This document shows, one piece after another, positions 9,378-18,242 of a stretch of 64,000 nucleotides of DNA. The position numbers and the translations under genes are program-made. Origin of the DNA: an uncultured Gemmatimonadales bacterium (GTDB lineage Bacteria > Gemmatimonadota > Gemmatimonadetes > Gemmatimonadales > Gemmatimonadaceae); contig CAWKMU010000003.1 of NCBI GenBank assembly GCA_963850905.1, forward strand, positions 992,001-1,056,000, read 5' to 3'. Below the pieces are notes generated by a model that saw nothing but the letters and a program-made list of their open reading frames with translations, made no database searches and was not told the DNA's origin. Positions within the stretch are counted from its first letter, which is position 1. Each line of letters opens with the position of its first letter.

Positions 9378-9756
9378 TCGGTTTACGCGCGCGGACCGGC
9401 TCACTCGGTCGGCGGAACTTCAAGGCGTGCGCCTCAGGGGCACTCGGATTCGCGTTGAGGATTTCGACGTGCGTGCGGTGGTCACCGACCGCAAGCTGGC
9501 GCGCATCGGACTGATTGTGCCTCGATACAAGCACACGGCTGTCGATCGGAACCGGCTCAAACGCCGGCTGCGCGAGTTGGTGCGTCTACAGGTGCTGCCG
9601 CTCTGGCGGGAGCGCCTGCACGGCGTTCGCGCTGCGGATGTTGTGGTGCGCGCACTACCGGCGGCGTACCGGATGACCATGGCTGAACTGACGACGCGCA
9701 TGGACTTCGTAGCGACAGTTGTCGGGCGGCGCCTCGCCGCCGAGCCCGGCGAGTGA
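9364..9756 (+). CDS. rnpA: RNase P protein component (start uncertain: first canonical start GTG 9427, in-frame ATT 9364)
   Basis: RNR motif [20 protein letters not shown], upstream in-frame [14 protein letters not shown]; lies between rpmH and yidD. Confidence 0.88.
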   Translation: MRARSRFTRADRLTRSAELQGVRLRGTRIRVEDFDVRAVVTDRKLARIGLIVPRYKHTAVDRNRLKRRLRELVRLQVLPLWRERLHGVRAADVVVRALPAAYRMTMAELTTRMDFVATVVGRRLAAEPGE

Positions 9757-10034
9757 CGGCCGTGGCAGCACCCGGCGCTCCGCCCGTTCCGTCGCCCGAG
9801 CCCCGCAAGGGCATGTCGCACGTCATCGGTCGACCGCTGATCTGGCTGGTCAGGTTGTACCAGGTGGGCCTGTCTCCTCTGTTGCCTGCGTCCTGTCGTT
9901 ATTATCCATCTTGTTCAGCGTACGCTTTGGAAGCGCTCCAGCGGTATGGAGCGTGGCGCGGGAGCTGGCTCGCCGTCCGGCGGATCGCGCGGTGTCACCC
10001 CTTCCACGCCGGGGGCTACGATCCCGTCCCCTGA
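9753..10034 (+). CDS. yidD: Membrane protein insertion efficiency factor YidD
   Basis: [14 protein letters not shown] and [17 protein letters not shown]. Confidence 0.95.
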   Translation: MTAVAAPGAPPVPSPEPRKGMSHVIGRPLIWLVRLYQVGLSPLLPASCRYYPSCSAYALEALQRYGAWRGSWLAVRRIARCHPFHAGGYDPVP

Positions 10035-10050
10035 TCAGTCTGTAGACCCC

Positions 10051-11928
10051 ATGACCCAGACACGCCGCTGGGTCCTCGCGCTCGCGTTGATTGCGGCGTT
10101 CTTGTTCGCCTACCAGTGGCTGTTTCCGCCGCCGAAATCACCGCGTCGATCGGCCGCGGCCGATTCCGCTGCGACTGCACCGCAGGGGACGACGGCATCC
10201 GGTGCCGCGACGGCACCGCCCGGCGCTGTGCCAAGTCCGTCGGCCATGCGAGCCGCCGCCCCGCCGGTCGCCGCGTTGCAACTGAGTGGCGGGGCTCCCG
10301 CCGTTCCCCCGGCCAAGCCCGAAACGCTCACGGTGACGACACCCACCGCGACAGTGGCATTTGCCAGCATTGGCGCGGCGCCCGTGACGGTCACGATGCG
10401 GGACTATCATGCGACGGTCCGCAACGTTGCCCAGCTATCTGCGTCCCCGCTCGTCCGGCTTGGTCAGGCAGGCGAAGCGCTCTTGAGCTACGCGATCGTC
10501 ACGCCTCGCGACACCATTGCGCTCGACGGCGTTCCGTTTCGAGGGACGGTGTCCACGTCGCATGGCGTACCGACCGTAGAGTTTCAAGGTGATGTGCCGC
10601 GGCCCGCGGGCGGCACATTGCACGTGGCGATCACCTATGCATTCAACGGCGACGGTTACCTCAGCCGCGTCGCGGGAACGGTCGTCGGTTTGGAGGGTTC
10701 GCCAGCGGGCTACCTGCTCATCTCGCTGCCGACCGGGTTCCCCTCCTTCGAGGCCGACACGGCCGACGACATCCGCCAGCTCGCGTACTCGTACAAGACG
10801 CTTCGGGAAGACGCATCCAGCGTGGCGTTCTCTCGACTCCAACCGGACAAACCCGAGTTGATCCCGGGGCCGCTGTCGTGGGTGGCGGCCAAAGACAAGT
10901 ACTTCCTCATCGGGCTTCTCTCGCAAGACACCTCTCGTACGCACCAGTTCGCGGAGATGCACCTCATCGGCGCGCCAAAGGTTGGTGGTGTCGAGAAGCA
11001 AGCAGCGGCCGCGGTCCTCCTCCCGCTTTCAGCGGCGCCGCCAGGTGCTGTAGCCGGCGCGTCTGCCTCTGAGGCGGCGACGTTCGCATTCCTGATGTAT
11101 GCGGGACCGCAGGACTATCGCAGGCTGCGCGCCCTGGGACGCGGATTCGAGAATCTCAATCCGTACGGCGGATTCTTCCACATCATCTTCCAGCCGTTCG
11201 TGACGCTGGTAGTGGTCGCGATTCTTGGCATGCGCGATCTGCTGCACATCAACTACGGATGGATTCTCATCATCCTCGGCGTCCTGACCCGGGTGGTGCT
11301 CTGGCCGCTCAACCAGCGGGCGATCAGGACGAGTCTCAAGCTCCAGGCGGTGCAGCCCGAGATTCAAGCGGTTCAGACCAAGTACAAGAGCGACCAGGCT
11401 CGCATGCAGCAGGAGCTGATGCGCGTCTACAAGGAGCATGGGATGAGTCCCTGGAGCCCGATCGCCGGGTGCCTGCCCATGCTGCTCCCGTGGCCGATCT
11501 TCGGCGCTCTCTACTTCGTTTTCCGGACGACGATCGAATTCCGGGGTGTTCCCTTCCTGTGGATGCACGACATCTCCGTGAAGGATCCTTACTATATCAT
11601 GCCCGTCCTCATGGGCCTGACCTCCTTCTTCGTGTCGTGGATCAGCATGCGCCGGATGCCGCCGAATCCACAGACCAAGATGATGTCGTACATGATGCCC
11701 GCCGTGATGACCTTCTTTTTCTGGAACATCGCGGGAGGACTGAACCTCTACTACTTCGTCCAGAACCTCGCCACCGTCCCGCAACAGTGGTATTTGTCGA
11801 ACGAGCGCGCCAAGGCCGGCGGCGCCGGGACCGCCGGCGCGCAGTCCAAGACCGGAGCGCAAGGGGCGAAGAAGACCCCGCCGAAGCTCGCGGCGCGAAG
11901 CCAGGGGATGAAGGAGCAAAGAGGCTGA
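10051..11928 (+). CDS. yidC: Membrane protein insertase YidC
   Basis: N-terminal TM, periplasmic domain, YAGP, GCLPML, FLWMHDISVKDPYYI, GLNLYY; start taken at ATG 10051. Confidence 0.95.
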   Translation: MTQTRRWVLALALIAAFLFAYQWLFPPPKSPRRSAAADSAATAPQGTTASGAATAPPGAVPSPSAMRAAAPPVAALQLSGGAPAVPPAKPETLTVTTPTATVAFASIGAAPVTVTMRDYHATVRNVAQLSASPLVRLGQAGEALLSYAIVTPRDTIALDGVPFRGTVSTSHGVPTVEFQGDVPRPAGGTLHVAITYAFNGDGYLSRVAGTVVGLEGSPAGYLLISLPTGFPSFEADTADDIRQLAYSYKTLREDASSVAFSRLQPDKPELIPGPLSWVAAKDKYFLIGLLSQDTSRTHQFAEMHLIGAPKVGGVEKQAAAAVLLPLSAAPPGAVAGASASEAATFAFLMYAGPQDYRRLRALGRGFENLNPYGGFFHIIFQPFVTLVVVAILGMRDLLHINYGWILIILGVLTRVVLWPLNQRAIRTSLKLQAVQPEIQAVQTKYKSDQARMQQELMRVYKEHGMSPWSPIAGCLPMLLPWPIFGALYFVFRTTIEFRGVPFLWMHDISVKDPYYIMPVLMGLTSFFVSWISMRRMPPNPQTKMMSYMMPAVMTFFFWNIAGGLNLYYFVQNLATVPQQWYLSNERAKAGGAGTAGAQSKTGAQGAKKTPPKLAARSQGMKEQRG

Positions 11929-11978
11929 ACTGACCGGTGACGGGTTAGGGTTAATACAACAATCGCGACGACAACGCT

Positions 11979-12120
11979 GGGCGGCCTGAAGGCCGTCCCT
12001 ACATGTCGGTGTGGACGGTGACTCTGCGGAGCGCCGCGGCGACGATTGCCGGTGTCGGTCGACAAATCCGGATTTGACGTTGCCCGCAGCAACATGTAGG
12101 GGCGGGCTTCAGCCCGCCCG
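11979..12120. repeat. REPIN-like doublet, copy 2
   Basis: Same REP palindromes and spacer as copies 4 and 5; CCCCARA heptamer arm follows at about 12146-12177. Confidence 0.85.
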
Positions 12121-12184
12121 GTGTTTGCAGCGGATGTTGGAGTCACCCCAAACCCTAGACCCCAAACCCCAGACCCGCAGTTTC

Positions 12185-13693
12185 GTGCTTCTCCCCGACA
12201 CCATCGTCGCTGTCTCCACTCCACCCGGCCGTGGTGCAATTGCGGTCGTGCGCCTGAGCGGGACGGAGGCACGGGCGATCGCGGGGGCGGTCGTGCGGCC
12301 GTGGCCTCTCGAGCCGGGTCGGGCACGACTCTGCGTAGTGGTCGATACTGCGGGAGTGGTGCTGGACCGACCGGTCGTCACGACCTACATCGCGCCGCGC
12401 TCCTACACGGGCGAAGATGTCGTCGAGCTGGCGACACACGGTGGCGTGATGGTGCCGACATCTATCGTCGCGGCACTCGTTGCAGCTGGAGCGCGGCCGG
12501 CCCTGCCGGGCGAGTTCACGCGGCGTGCGCTACTCAACGGCAAGATGGATCTGGCGCAGGCCGAGGCCGTGGGGGATCTCATCGATGCCCGCAGCGCTTC
12601 AATGCAACGGGCGGCCATGGTTCAGCTTGACGGGGGCCTCTCGCGTCGCGTCCGGGAGCTGCACGATGCCGTGCTCGAGGTCGAGGCGCTCGTGGCCTAC
12701 GACATCGACTTCCCCGAAGAGGATGATGGGCCGATCTCCAGTGATCGTGTCCTCGCCGCCACGCGCCGGGCGGCAGATCAGGTGACTGGGTTGCTCGCGA
12801 CCTCGCCCACCGGTGAATTGATCCGACACGGCGCCGTGGTCGTGATCGCGGGTCCGCCCAACGTCGGCAAATCCTCGCTCTTCAACGCATTGCTTGGGCG
12901 GGCGCGGTCGATCGTGAGCGACGTGCCAGGCACGACTCGCGATGCCGTGGAGGCGCTCGTCGAGCCGGCAAATGCGCCATTCCCGCTCCGCCTTGTCGAC
13001 ACCGCCGGTCTGCGTGACACCATCGATGCCGTGGAGCAACTCGGCATCGAAGTCAGTCGCCGCTCGCTCGCCGAAGCGCATGTCGTGCTCGCGTGCGGGG
13101 AAACCGTGGCGAGTATCCTCGACACCGTGACGCGGGTGCGCCCGCACACCGCGGCGCCCGTTGTCGGCGTGCGAACAAAATGCGATCAACGGGGGACCGC
13201 CGCCCTTCAGACGGCTGTCCCCCGACCTGTGCGTGCCAACGTGGCTGCCGAGTCGGCAGGCTCAATCGACGCCGCAGGCGGCTGGACCGACGCGGCGTCT
13301 TCGGATGGCGACGAGGGTGCGGCGACCGCCCTCGACGAGGGCGAGCTCCGGGATGCGGCGCGAGCGGAACTCCGCGTCATCGAGACCAGTGCCGAATCGG
13401 GGCGAGGCCTTCACGCCGTGATGGCAGCCGCCGTCCATGCCGTGGTTGCACAACACGGCGCGCCAGCCGTCGACGCGCCGATCATCACGCGCGTGCGCCA
13501 GCGGCGCGCGCTCGAGCGCGCGGCCGCGGAGCTCGCGGCCTTTCGAGAGGCGTGGACCGCGTGCACGCTTCCCGCGGTTGTTGCGGCGGTGCACGTGCGC
13601 GCCGCAGCGACCGCGCTAGAGGACATCATCGGCGCCATCGACGTCGACGAGGTGCTGGAACGCGTGTTCGGGGAGTTCTGCGTCGGCAAGTAG
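12185..13693 (+). CDS. mnmE: tRNA modification GTPase MnmE/TrmE
   Basis: DTIVAVSTPPGRGAIAVVRLSG, GEFTRRALLNGK, GPPNVGKSS, GTTRD, DTAG, C-terminal FCVGK; start taken at GTG 12185. Confidence 0.96.
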   Translation: MLLPDTIVAVSTPPGRGAIAVVRLSGTEARAIAGAVVRPWPLEPGRARLCVVVDTAGVVLDRPVVTTYIAPRSYTGEDVVELATHGGVMVPTSIVAALVAAGARPALPGEFTRRALLNGKMDLAQAEAVGDLIDARSASMQRAAMVQLDGGLSRRVRELHDAVLEVEALVAYDIDFPEEDDGPISSDRVLAATRRAADQVTGLLATSPTGELIRHGAVVVIAGPPNVGKSSLFNALLGRARSIVSDVPGTTRDAVEALVEPANAPFPLRLVDTAGLRDTIDAVEQLGIEVSRRSLAEAHVVLACGETVASILDTVTRVRPHTAAPVVGVRTKCDQRGTAALQTAVPRPVRANVAAESAGSIDAAGGWTDAASSDGDEGAATALDEGELRDAARAELRVIETSAESGRGLHAVMAAAVHAVVAQHGAPAVDAPIITRVRQRRALERAAAELAAFREAWTACTLPAVVAAVHVRAAATALEDIIGAIDVDEVLERVFGEFCVGK

Positions 13694-13695
13694 CG

Positions 13696-13970
13696 CGGCC
13701 GCTTCGCGGCCGAGAGAGGAGAACCACAGAAAGTAGAAAGTAGACAAAGCGCCTCGTGACGCTGCCCGCTCTCGTACTGACCGGCCACCTTCCCGAGCAC
13801 ATCACAAATTTGAAAGTAGAACTGCAAGCGGATGCGTGAGATGAGGCCCTCCGCCTTCGTCCGCTTTCTCTTGCATGCCTCGTTCTCTCGACCGACGCGG
13901 CCACGCTTCGAAGCGCTCTTGTCTACTTTCTACTTTCTGTGGTTCTCCTCTCTCGGCCGCGAAGCGGCCG
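13696..13970. repeat. Element with 52-bp perfect inverted repeats (MITE-like), arms ending in (AAAGTAG)n
   Basis: 13696-13747 is the exact reverse complement of 13919-13970; related arm at 1362-1443. Confidence 0.85.
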
Positions 13971-14127
13971 TGTGGAGAACATCCGATCTTCCACATCGTC
14001 GGGCAACGTGACGCATCGATGCGAGCGCGCGCAAAAAAAATATTTTTTTCCCTCTACCCGATTTTCCGGGAACAATTATCTTCCCGCCCCAACAGATCCC
14101 GCGCCGCCACCCGCGCCTTGGCTGTTG

Positions 14128-15066
14128 ATGCTCATCAATCTTCTTCCAGACTTTCTTTCAGTACTCAACAGCACCGATCGGATCGCCGCCTACCTTCGCT
14201 ACTTCGACGCTCACCGCCCACTCCTCGACGCCTACTGGCGAAACTACGCGCTCGATCCCGACGGTCCGCACTTCCTCAATGTCGTGCGCGCGACTGCACT
14301 GGCGGACCGACCGGATCTGGCAGCGATGCTCGAGCGAAGCAATGTGGTGGCGCTTGCGCGCGCGACGGAAACGCAGTGCGCGGAGCTACTGGCGGCCAAT
14401 GTCCCGGTCGACATCGTGCTCATGGTGGGCGTCGGCGCGGCGAACGCGGGCGAGTTGGTCGTCGACGGACGCGGCGTGGCGTTCGTGTGTCTCGAGCACT
14501 TCACCGGTGTAGCGAATCCCGAGACGCAGGGACTGGGTCTCGATTCCGAGCTCATTCCGTTATGGCTGGCGCACGAATTTGCGCACGCCATTCGGTATAC
14601 GTCGCCGACGTCGCGCAGCGAGATGGCGAAGCTCGTCACCGAATCCGGCGGCAACTACTCGTATTGGGAAACGGGACGACAGGCTCCGCTGCGTGAGTTG
14701 ATGCTCAACGAGGGGCTCGCCGTGCAGACGTCACGGGCGATCAGTCCCGGGCATGCGGCGTGGGAGTATTTCGGGTACGGGCGGCGACAGTATGCACGCA
14801 TCCGTGAGCTCGAGCCGGTCCTGCAGCGGGTGACCGCCGGCGATCTGGACCGAACGGGCCTCGGGTTGCGACTCCGGTATCTCTCCGGGGGCGTCAGCGA
14901 CCAGGCGCGCACGGTCGAGCGCCATATCCTGCCAGAGCGGAGCGGCTACTTCCTGGGCGCGCGAATGGTCGAAGCGGCGATTGCGGCCCACGGGCTCGCA
15001 TGGTCGGTCCGCGCCAGTGCAGCAGAGCTCACCGGCGCCAGCAACGCAGCCGCGGCGAGCGCGTAG
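14128..15066 (+). CDS. Putative Zn-dependent protease (gluzincin-like, DUF2268-like)
   Basis: LAHEFAH followed by NEGLA; C-terminal GYFLG. Confidence 0.6.
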   Translation: MLINLLPDFLSVLNSTDRIAAYLRYFDAHRPLLDAYWRNYALDPDGPHFLNVVRATALADRPDLAAMLERSNVVALARATETQCAELLAANVPVDIVLMVGVGAANAGELVVDGRGVAFVCLEHFTGVANPETQGLGLDSELIPLWLAHEFAHAIRYTSPTSRSEMAKLVTESGGNYSYWETGRQAPLRELMLNEGLAVQTSRAISPGHAAWEYFGYGRRQYARIRELEPVLQRVTAGDLDRTGLGLRLRYLSGGVSDQARTVERHILPERSGYFLGARMVEAAIAAHGLAWSVRASAAELTGASNAAAASA

Positions 15067-15073
15067 CGCTCGC

Positions 15074-15156
15074 AGAAAGGAGAAAGGCGAGAGGAAAAAG
15101 GGGACCTAAGGCCGATTGTCCTTGGTCTCCTTTCTCCTTTCGCCTTTCCCCTCTCT
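15074..15156. repeat. Palindromic element with (AAAGGMG)n arms
   Basis: AGAAAGGAGAAAGGCGAG...CTCCTTTCTCCTTTCGCCTTT. Confidence 0.7.
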
Positions 15157-15232
15157 AGCGCCCCGCAGGGGCGCTTGGCATGGAACTTCCCCCTCTTCGC
15201 CGCCAGCTGATTGGGACTGAAGAGGCAGGGCG

Positions 15233-15928
15233 ATGACGACGCTGCAACGCATCGAGCTGCAGTGTCCGGTGTGCGACACGCGGTTCGTCTCACAATCTGT
15301 AGTCGCGACGAACGCATTCGGCGGGAAGCGAACAGATTTCCACGAACGTGCAGCCGGGACGCAGCCACTACCGTATCTGGTCCACATGTGCAACCGCTGC
15401 GGCTACTCGGGTGCCGAACGAGACTTCAGTGAAGGAGTCGAGCCCAGCGCGGTGCTGAAGGAGCACGTCTGGAACGAGCTGGCGCCAACGCTGGCGTGCG
15501 CGACCGTGCAGTCGTCGGGGCCACACCAGCCTGGCGAGCCGCCGCAAGTCGCAGGATCGGCGAAGTATGAGGCCGCCGCAAAAGTGGCCGAGTGGCAATC
15601 AATGGAGCCCCGCTACATCGCGGACTTCTATTTGCGAGCCGCGTGGTGCTGTGTGGACGAAGGCGACACGGAAGCCGAGCGATTCTTCCGACGCAAAGCC
15701 GCGTGGATGTTCGAGCGAGCGCTGTCGTCCTTTGATGGGGTGGCCCGGGACGAGCGCTGCGTCATTACGTATCTGATCGGCGAGCTCTGGCGCCGCATCG
15801 GGGACGCCGGGGCCGCCGCCCAATGGTTTGCGCGGGTCCCGGAGGAAGTCGTCGATGGCCGGACTCAGCAATGGGTCATCGAGGCGGCGCATCAGCAGGG
15901 CCAGTCGCCGAGGGAGTGGTTTGCGTAG
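15233..15928 (+). CDS. DUF2225-like Zn-finger plus TPR-like protein
   Basis: CPVC...CNRCGYS, LRAAW, YLIGELWRRIG. Confidence 0.7.
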   Translation: MTTLQRIELQCPVCDTRFVSQSVVATNAFGGKRTDFHERAAGTQPLPYLVHMCNRCGYSGAERDFSEGVEPSAVLKEHVWNELAPTLACATVQSSGPHQPGEPPQVAGSAKYEAAAKVAEWQSMEPRYIADFYLRAAWCCVDEGDTEAERFFRRKAAWMFERALSSFDGVARDERCVITYLIGELWRRIGDAGAAAQWFARVPEEVVDGRTQQWVIEAAHQQGQSPREWFA

Positions 15929-16002
15929 GGCTAGACGCTAGCGTCCAGCGTCTAGCGTCGAGCCCTAACAACCAACTCTCCTCGCCTATACTATTTGCGC
16001 CC

Positions 16003-16230
16003 ATGAAAGAATACCAAGCCGTGATGCTGCGTCTCACGCACCATATGCAGGACGACGAGGACGCTCTCACGGACTTGTTGAATGAACGGATCCGCGGCGG
16101 ATGGGAGCCAGCGCTGATCGCGCAAAGCGCGGCAGGCCCAGGCGGTGCAGCTGGCGGCGAGCGCCTGACCGTCATTTTCCAGCGCGAGACGACGGGCGCT
16201 GACGCGGCACATAGAGAGGAGAGGGCCTGA
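16003..16230 (+). CDS. Small hypothetical protein (DUF4177-like)
   Basis: MKEYQAV...LLNERIRGGWE...VIFQRE pattern. Confidence 0.55.
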   Translation: MKEYQAVMLRLTHHMQDDEDALTDLLNERIRGGWEPALIAQSAAGPGGAAGGERLTVIFQRETTGADAAHREERA

Positions 16231-16351
16231 AAGGAGAAAGGAGACCACGACAGCAGCCGGCCTCGGCAATGGGTGGGCACCCATAGTTCGCCCCTTGTCT
16301 CCTTTCTCCTTTCAGGCCCTCTCCTCTCTATGTGGCGCGTCACCGCCCGTC
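16191..16351. repeat. 55-bp inverted repeat with (AAAGGAG)n inner arms, overlapping a CDS 3' end
   Basis: 16191-16245 versus 16297-16351, 2 mismatches. Confidence 0.85.
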
Positions 16352-16691
16352 CCCGTACTTGCGCTCTCTGGCGACCGTTGCAAATTCAAGTTTGCGCCTG
16401 AGTCGGATACCGAGGACAGAGCGCAGTCGCTCACCGAAGTTTCGCGACTCTACCCTGGTGCGAGGCCCCGTAACGCCTGCCCAGCGGACCGGCGTGTGAC
16501 GAATACCACCCGGTCGCTCTATGCATCAGACGGAACGCGCGGACAACCGCCGGCCGATTTTTGTCGTCCACCCCATTCAACACAGGGCGTGTAGACGGAC
16601 CTTGGCGTGGAACGCTACGCGCGCGCCTCCGACCAATGACAGCTGCATAGGCCAATCCCGTCTCGTGTACTCTCAACGAACAGGAGTCGAC

Positions 16692-17999
16692 ATGAAGCGA
16701 TTCGCTGTCGTAGGGATGGCAGCCCTGCTGGCAATGGTGAGCACACTCATCGTGCCCGCCGCCGTCAGCGCCCAAGCGCTCACGATGCAAATGAGCAACG
16801 GCTGGAGCTTCGGTTTTTCGGGCAACGTCAACGCCTTTCTCGTCTACCAGCTCTCGAACGTGGGCGACTCGGGCAAGACGATCAACGGAGGACTAACGCC
16901 GGTCGAGGGAACCAATCCGCGAATCCGAACCGGCCTCCTCCCGGCGTTCGCCACCTTCGATGCCAAAGGCAAGGAGGGTGGCGTCAATTTGGACGTCCAC
17001 TTCGGATTCGCTCCGGAGATCCAGAACGGCGGCGGAGCACTCGGCAACATTCACGACAACTTCGGGAATGGCACGCAGGCCGGTGCACAGATCGACATGC
17101 GGCAGGTCTACCTCACGGCCAGCGGGACGTGGGGACAGATCCTCGCCGGCCGCGAGATCGGCTTGTTCGACCGCCAAAATATTCTGCAGGACATGACGCT
17201 GTTCGGGACTGGAGCAACGGGCGGCAACATCGGCAACGGTGGAACGACCCTGGGCCGCATCGGCTACGGCTACGTGTACCCGAACTTCGTCCCCCAGATC
17301 ACGTATAGCACGCCCTCGACGAACTCGGTCGTGTGGGATATCGGCCTCTTCGACCCGAGCGCCGTCGGCGGCGCGGGCGCGGGGACATCGGCTTTCATCT
17401 ATAACAGGACGCCACGGCTGGAGTCCGAGCTCACCTGGACAAACAACTTGGGCGGCACGCCGCCACCGGCCGGGGCCACCGCGGACCAGCTCATGCTCTG
17501 GCTGGGCGGCCTGTGGCAGGAGACCTATGACTCGGCGAGTGGCGGGCAGTCGGTAACGTCGGCCGGCGGGGACGCCGGCGTGAAGCTCACGGTGTCCGCC
17601 GTCTCCATCGTGGGGGCGGGATACTACGGCAAAGGTATCGGTTCGACGCTGCTGCTCACGACGGCGCTGGCGACCGACGCCAGCGGAAACGCCCGCACGT
17701 CGTATGGTGGGTACGTGCAAGTCGTGCTCAAGTTCACGCCCCAATGGAGCATCGGCGGCAGCTTCGGTGGTGGCTGGTTGAACGAGACCAGCCAGGACAA
17801 GCTCGACCCGGTGAACGGCCCGCTCTTGCTCAAGTACAACGTCGACGGCGCAGCGATCCTGACATACCAGTGGACCAAGGCGCTGCGCTGGGTCGGCGAA
17901 TACGACTGGACGCAATCGAAGAACCAGGGCGGCCAGCTGAACCCTGCGGAGTCGATTACGGCCAGTCAGTTGTCGACCGGCTTTATGTTGTTCTTCTAG
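16692..17999 (+). CDS. Outer-membrane porin
   Basis: SD CAGGAG, signal peptide, Gly/aromatic-rich amphipathic beta strands, C-terminal Phe (GFMLFF). Confidence 0.8.
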   Translation: MKRFAVVGMAALLAMVSTLIVPAAVSAQALTMQMSNGWSFGFSGNVNAFLVYQLSNVGDSGKTINGGLTPVEGTNPRIRTGLLPAFATFDAKGKEGGVNLDVHFGFAPEIQNGGGALGNIHDNFGNGTQAGAQIDMRQVYLTASGTWGQILAGREIGLFDRQNILQDMTLFGTGATGGNIGNGGTTLGRIGYGYVYPNFVPQITYSTPSTNSVVWDIGLFDPSAVGGAGAGTSAFIYNRTPRLESELTWTNNLGGTPPPAGATADQLMLWLGGLWQETYDSASGGQSVTSAGGDAGVKLTVSAVSIVGAGYYGKGIGSTLLLTTALATDASGNARTSYGGYVQVVLKFTPQWSIGGSFGGGWLNETSQDKLDPVNGPLLLKYNVDGAAILTYQWTKALRWVGEYDWTQSKNQGGQLNPAESITASQLSTGFMLFF

Positions 18000-18242
18000 G
18001 GCCCGGATTCGAGAGAGGCGCAGGTGTGCAACGCACAGACCGACCCCAGGCTCGTGGGTGATACCATGACCGGCAGACGGGTTCCACCGTCGGCGTCGTT
18101 CGTGCGCTCGACGCTGCCGCTGCATGCCAGCGCCATCGGCACAGAGCGAAGCCCACCGGGTCTGCCGCGCGAAGCGCTCTCGGCAAATCACGCTCGGCGA
18201 CCCCAAGCGGATCGGTCACTTACTCTTTCAAAGGCGGCTCTC

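Noticed and set aside
12011..12184. N-terminal extensions in the ORF track (mnmE, yidC, xoxF, carbinolamine dehydratase, mfnB, anti-sigma, HD-GYP)
   Set aside because: They run through repeats or neighbouring genes; downstream starts match the family N-termini or signal peptides.
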